A DNA stretch of 63,798 bases, the filler included, from Octopus bimaculoides (lineage: Eukaryota), in the NCBI RefSeq assembly GCF_001194135.2. It is 5 parts of 4 records of this genome, joined end to end, with 100 filler letters (N's around TTAATTAATTAA, not from the genome) between each part and the next. Parts side by side here need not be neighbours in the genome. Positions count along the whole stretch, not along the records: positions 62,419 to 63,798 come from NC_068984.1; 4 more parts are not named here. One strand, written 5' to 3'. Below are positions 62,419-63,798 of the stretch, one piece after another. Every line of letters starts with the position of its first letter. Positions within the stretch are counted from its first letter, which is position 1. The notes beneath the pieces were generated by a model. It ran no database searches. It was not told the origin of the DNA and was given only the letters and a program-made list of their open reading frames with translations. Made by a program: the position numbers and the translations under genes.

Positions 62419-62592
62419 ATATATATACATATATACGACGGGCTTCTTTCAGTTTCCGTCTACCAAATCCACTCAAAAGGCTTTGGTCGGCCCGAGGCTA
62501 TAGTAGAAGACACTTGCCCAAGGTGCCACGCAGTGCGAATGAACCCGGAACCATGTGGCTGGTAAGCAAGCTACTTACCACACAGCCACTCC
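62419..62592 (-). mobile_element. SINE family B, 5' half
   Basis: Reverse complement of 55477-55635. Confidence 0.85.
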
Positions 62593-62859
62593 TGTCAACT
62601 TTCTGTAAACATTTTCACAGAAATGATAAAAACAGCCTGTTACATTTGCAGATGGAAAATTGACAGAAAAACTTAGAAAACTAGCTTATTTAAAACCAAT
62701 CATTAGATTTTCAGGTCTTAGGGACTTAAGCAAATCTTTAACCTTTTCAAAAAACCTATTGTATATGTCAAGTCTTATTCGGAAGGAGACCGTAAATTGG
62801 TGAGATGCATGCATGATCTATGTTGACATGTAGAGCATAGAACTGATAATAAATTTCAG

Positions 62860-63798
62860 GACAAACCTTTAATGTTCCATCGCTTGCTCAATTATGATGT
62901 ATTTCTAGATCGTGTAACCTTGCAGCCGTACCAAAAATCAACATTGTTTTCGTCTTCCACCCCACTATCGTAGTGTAAAAATCTTTCTCTGTTCTGTTGA
63001 CACGTAAATATATCGAGAATTACATAACCGATTCTTGATCTAGGTATAGGAAGGACCTTTTCTCCCTTTTGTCTCCACCTTCTAATATTTCTTGATAAAC
63101 TTGAAGTTGCTGGCATAAGAGAGCGTACTTCATCCTCTAATTCCCTACATGCGGCACCAATCAAAGATTTTGAAGCTAAATGGGATTTAAGTGTGTTTTA
63201 TTTCATATTTACAATTGCTTCTTGCATTTTTGGTTGGCTAGGATTCGATGAATGTGTACGTTCACTTACAATTTTGCAATAGAAACCACTTCAGTTTTGT
63301 ATGAACTCTTGCTTTACAGTTTGTATCAACACACTTCCAATAGATCTTGCCTCCATATTTTCTTTCTCGCCTATAAATAAAGTTAGAATCATCTACGAGC
63401 TTATCACATCCTCTGCTGCTTTTAATAGTGTACGGCATCGTAAGGGTTTAAGTTACAACTTTTAAAGAAAAATAATGTAAATAATGTAAACGGTCGAGGT
63501 AACCTCTCAAAAGAAGCTTTGAATTTTCAAGATAAGCTTGTTATTTTTAAATAAATGTTAAACGACCTTTCTGCTTTTAAATTCTCATTTTAGCAATTAA
63601 CAATGCAGTTTCAAATTTAAACGACCTTTTTGTTTTTAAATTATCATTTCAGCAATGACCGAAAATGACTGTGTAAATACTATTCCTTTCCCTACCTTAT
63701 TTAATGAACGATGCAATTTCAAGTTTCTAAGCTTTACGGCAAAATGTCCTTGCAGCGAACTATCCGTACGACGAATTATCTTACGGCGAATAGTCCTA
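62860..63798 (-). mobile_element. MULE (Mutator-like) transposon 5' part with FLYWCH domain
   Basis: Minus strand from ~63440: MPYTIKSSRG.DKLVDDSNFIYRREK..GGKIYWKCVDTNCKARVHT...SLMPATSSLSRNIRRWR..RFLHYDSGVEDE. Repetitive GCGAA/TATCC terminal motifs at 63738-63798. Confidence 0.8.

Overview
AT-rich eukaryotic non-coding DNA, densely packed with microsatellites and transposable-element relics. The SINE and microsatellite types suggest a cephalopod, probably an octopus; this is inference from pattern recognition and no search was run. I cannot support any intact host protein-coding gene, rRNA or CRISPR array. Four identical artificial 100-bp spacers (44 N + TTAATTAATTAA + 44 N) at 21590, 37932, 55323 and 62319 split the window into five joined segments, so adjacency across them is unverified. 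Recognisable content: at least eight fragments of R4/Dong-type restriction-like-endonuclease retrotransposons (several embedded in TAA repeats); HERO-like, RTE and Tx1/L1-like LINE relics; two Penelope-like elements (an RT fragment and a GIY-YIG fragment); hAT, Tc1/mariner and MULE transposase relics; foldback MITEs; several SINE-like families; and a truncated tRNA-Val. The most notable signal is a set of minimal hammerhead-ribozyme-like motifs of the type known from Penelope-like elements. The best example is a 490-bp unit at 43643-44132, bounded by a 12-bp target-site duplication. It joins a tRNA-derived Pol III head, an (AAT)n linker and a hammerhead-bearing tail, with an inverted copy of the tail at the 5' end. 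It is a candidate Penelope-mobilised, ribozyme-carrying SINE. The segment 21690-37931 also shows CpG decay and a strong plus-strand bias of insertions.
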